Of a DNA stretch of 64,000 bases, positions 63,773 to 64,000 are shown piece by piece. The translations under genes were made by a program, and so were the position numbers. The notes under the pieces were generated by a model, which had not been told where the DNA came from, searched no databases, and saw only the letters and a list, made by a program, of their open reading frames with translations. The stretch is from a virus (lineage: Duplodnaviria; Caudoviricetes). The stretch spans positions 1,401 through 65,400 of IMG/VR virus record IMGVR_UViG_3300031992_000090, one strand, 5' to 3'. Within the stretch, counting starts at the first letter, position 1. Each line of letters starts with the position of its first letter.

Positions 63773-64000
63773 TGCCGATTATCTCTAATTTCGGCGGGAT
63801 TATCCCACGTGCAGCGTGGCATGATTTACCGCTGAGCAATGCGACTATAGCGCACAATGTCAAGCTGCGCAACGGTAAGCTTGAGCCTTGGCGTGAGCGT
63901 TTAGCGGTTGGTGCATCTGTGACCGATGCGGTCTGTGTGTGGTATCATGGCTGCTGCTATTACACCTTTGACAAGTGTGTAGACATGGCTGAGTATGTCA
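63772..64000 (+). CDS. 5' end (partial) of a tail nozzle/stabilisation protein
   Basis: MPIISNFGGIIPR...LP...ATIAHNVKLRNGKLEPWR, open to the window end. Confidence 0.6.
   Translation, partial: MPIISNFGGIIPRAAWHDLPLSNATIAHNVKLRNGKLEPWRERLAVGASVTDAVCVWYHGCCYYTFDKCVDMAEYV

Noticed and set aside
1-64000. Most antisense or overlapping ORFs in the track (e.g. 7668..8162, 26922..27452, 31802..32200, 42539..42982, 56709..57158) and tRNA genes
   Set aside because: Shadow ORFs opposite or within well-supported genes, with no RBS; no tRNA cloverleaf was recognised by eye, though tRNAscan was not run.

Overview
This window is a nearly complete genome of a tailed dsDNA phage with a podovirus-like gene set. 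The GH19 endolysin and embedded Rz/Rz1 spanins indicate a Gram-negative host. It has two divergent arms. A leftward early/replication arm (40490 to 13655) carries many small ORFs, a CobS/CobT-like pair, SNF2 helicase, primase-helicase, VRR-NUC, Cas4-like nuclease, a DNA methylase and a family A DNA polymerase. A rightward late arm (41343 to 64000, apparently continuing at 1 to 13571) carries tail fibres, lysis genes, terminase, portal, capsid, tail and ejection proteins, including a 2768-aa giant protein. The arms converge at a terminator near 13610. The standout system is a double tail-fibre shufflon. One collar-domain fibre gene has four interchangeable C-terminal cassettes on inverted 15-bp sites (CCTAACATAACTGGA). 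A second fibre gene has two cassettes on a synonymously recoded core (CCGAATAT). Each locus is followed by an identically spaced set of GCACA arm-like sites, and an arm-domain tyrosine integrase lies next to them. A second candidate system is a sigma70-driven hairpin RNA (about 41187-41240) whose loop is antisense to a GAGTAGAGA ribosome-binding motif shared by about ten early genes. All calls come from reading the sequence by eye; no database search or folding program was run.
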